In this document: one piece after another, positions 62,770-64,000 of the stretch
Layout of the letters: every line of letters starts with the position of its first letter
Numbering within the stretch: position 1 is the stretch's first letter
Assembly: GCA_002269645.1 (NCBI GenBank)
Contig: NIVC01000138.1
Span: 1 to 64,000, forward strand
Origin: Macrostomum lignano
Taxonomy: Eukaryota
Length of the DNA stretch: 64,000 nt
Direction of reading: 5' to 3'
Position numbers and translations under genes: made by a program
Notes under the pieces: model-generated
Databases searched by the model: none
The model's input: only the letters and a program-made list of their open reading frames with translations
What the model was told of the DNA's origin: nothing

Positions 62770-64000
62770 ATCCTAATGAACTCAGTGAGTCAATCCTAAT
62801 GTACTCAGTGAGTCAATCCTAATGTACTCAGTGAGTCAATCCTAATGAACTCAGTAAGTCAATCCTAATACATCTAACTCAGTAAGTCAATCCTAATGAA
62901 CTCAGTAAGTCAATCCTAATACATCTAACTCAGTAAGTCAATCCTAATGAACACAGTGAGTCAAGCCTAATGAACTCAGTGAGTCAAGCCTAATGAACTC
63001 AGTGAGTCAAGCCTAATGTACTCAGTGAGTCAATCCTAATGAACTCAGTGAGTCAAGCCTAATGTACTCAGTGAGTCAATCCTAATGTACTCAGTGAGTC
63101 AATCCTAATGAACTCAGTAAGTCAATCCTAATGTACTCAGTGAGTCAATCCTAATACATCTAACTCAGTAAGTCAATCCTAATGAACTCAGTGAGTCAAG
63201 CCTAATAAACTCAGTGAGTCAAGCCTAATGAACTCAGTAAGTCAATCCTAATGAACTCAGTGAGTCAAGCCTGATGAACTCAGTAAGCCAATCTTAATAA
63301 ACTCAGTAGGTCAATCCTAATACATCTAACTCAGTAAGTCAATCCTAATACATCTAACTCAGTAAGTCAATCCTAATGAACTCAGTGAGTCAAGCCTGAT
63401 GAACTCAGTAAGCCAATCTTAATAAACTCAGTAAGTCAATCCTAATGAACTCAGTGAGTCAATCCTAATGAACTCAGTGAGTCAATCCTAATGAACTCAG
63501 TGAGTCAAGCCTAATGAGCTCAGTGAGTCAATCCTAATGAACTCAGTGAGTCAAGCCTAATGAACTCAGTGAGTCAAGCCTAATGAACTCAGTGAGTCAA
63601 TCCTAATAAACTCAGTGAGTCAATCCTAATGAACTCAGTGAGTCAATCCTAATGAACTCAGTGAGTCAAGCCTAATGAACACAGTGAGTCAATCCTAATG
63701 TACTCAGTGAGTCAATCCTAATGAACTCAGTAAGTCAATCCTAATGTACTCAGTGAGTCAATCCTAATACATCTAACTCAGTAAGTCAATCCTAATGAAC
63801 TCAGTGAGTCAATCCTAATAAACTCAGTGAGTCAATCCTAATGAACTCAGTAAGTCAATCCTAATGTACTCAGTGAGTCAATCCTAATACATCTAACTCA
63901 GTAAGTCAATCCTAATGAACTCAGTGAGTCAAGCCTAATGAACTCAGTGAGTCAAGCCTGATGAACTCAGTAAGCCAATCTTAATAAACTCAGTAAGTCA
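62770..64000. repeat. 23-bp minisatellite (TCAATCCTAATGAACTCAGTGAG)
   Basis: Directly visible; runs off the window. Confidence 0.95.

Overview
Animal (metazoan) nuclear DNA. Short GC-rich exons and introns packed with private minisatellites are reminiscent of the flatworm Macrostomum, but this host call is inference only. Bases 1-12575 are the right-hand part of an AT-rich Maverick/Polinton (adintovirus-like) endogenous virus. It carries a packaging ATPase, penton-like minor capsid, adenain protease, fibre-like protein, protein-primed PolB and core-protein-like ORFs, and ends in ...TATACTACT. It sits in a (GACA)n-rich intron of a minus-strand USP24-like gene whose 5' exons lie at 12.7-21.6 kb. 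Next come DNA-transposon remnants (THAP foldback, Merlin, Tc1-like, MULE MITE), a 4.8-kb satellite, a GT31 (brainiac-like) glycosyltransferase and the 3' part of a hemicentin gene (42-63 kb, minus strand). The most striking unexplained signal is a family of five 28-30 nt GC-rich double-hairpin elements inside the virus. Their stems co-vary and all lie on the same strand. Three are inside essential genes (one next to PolB motif C) and two are at gene 3' ends. The viral terminus also folds back on an internal inverted copy of itself. Many single-base indels in the viral ORFs limit how firmly frame effects can be read.
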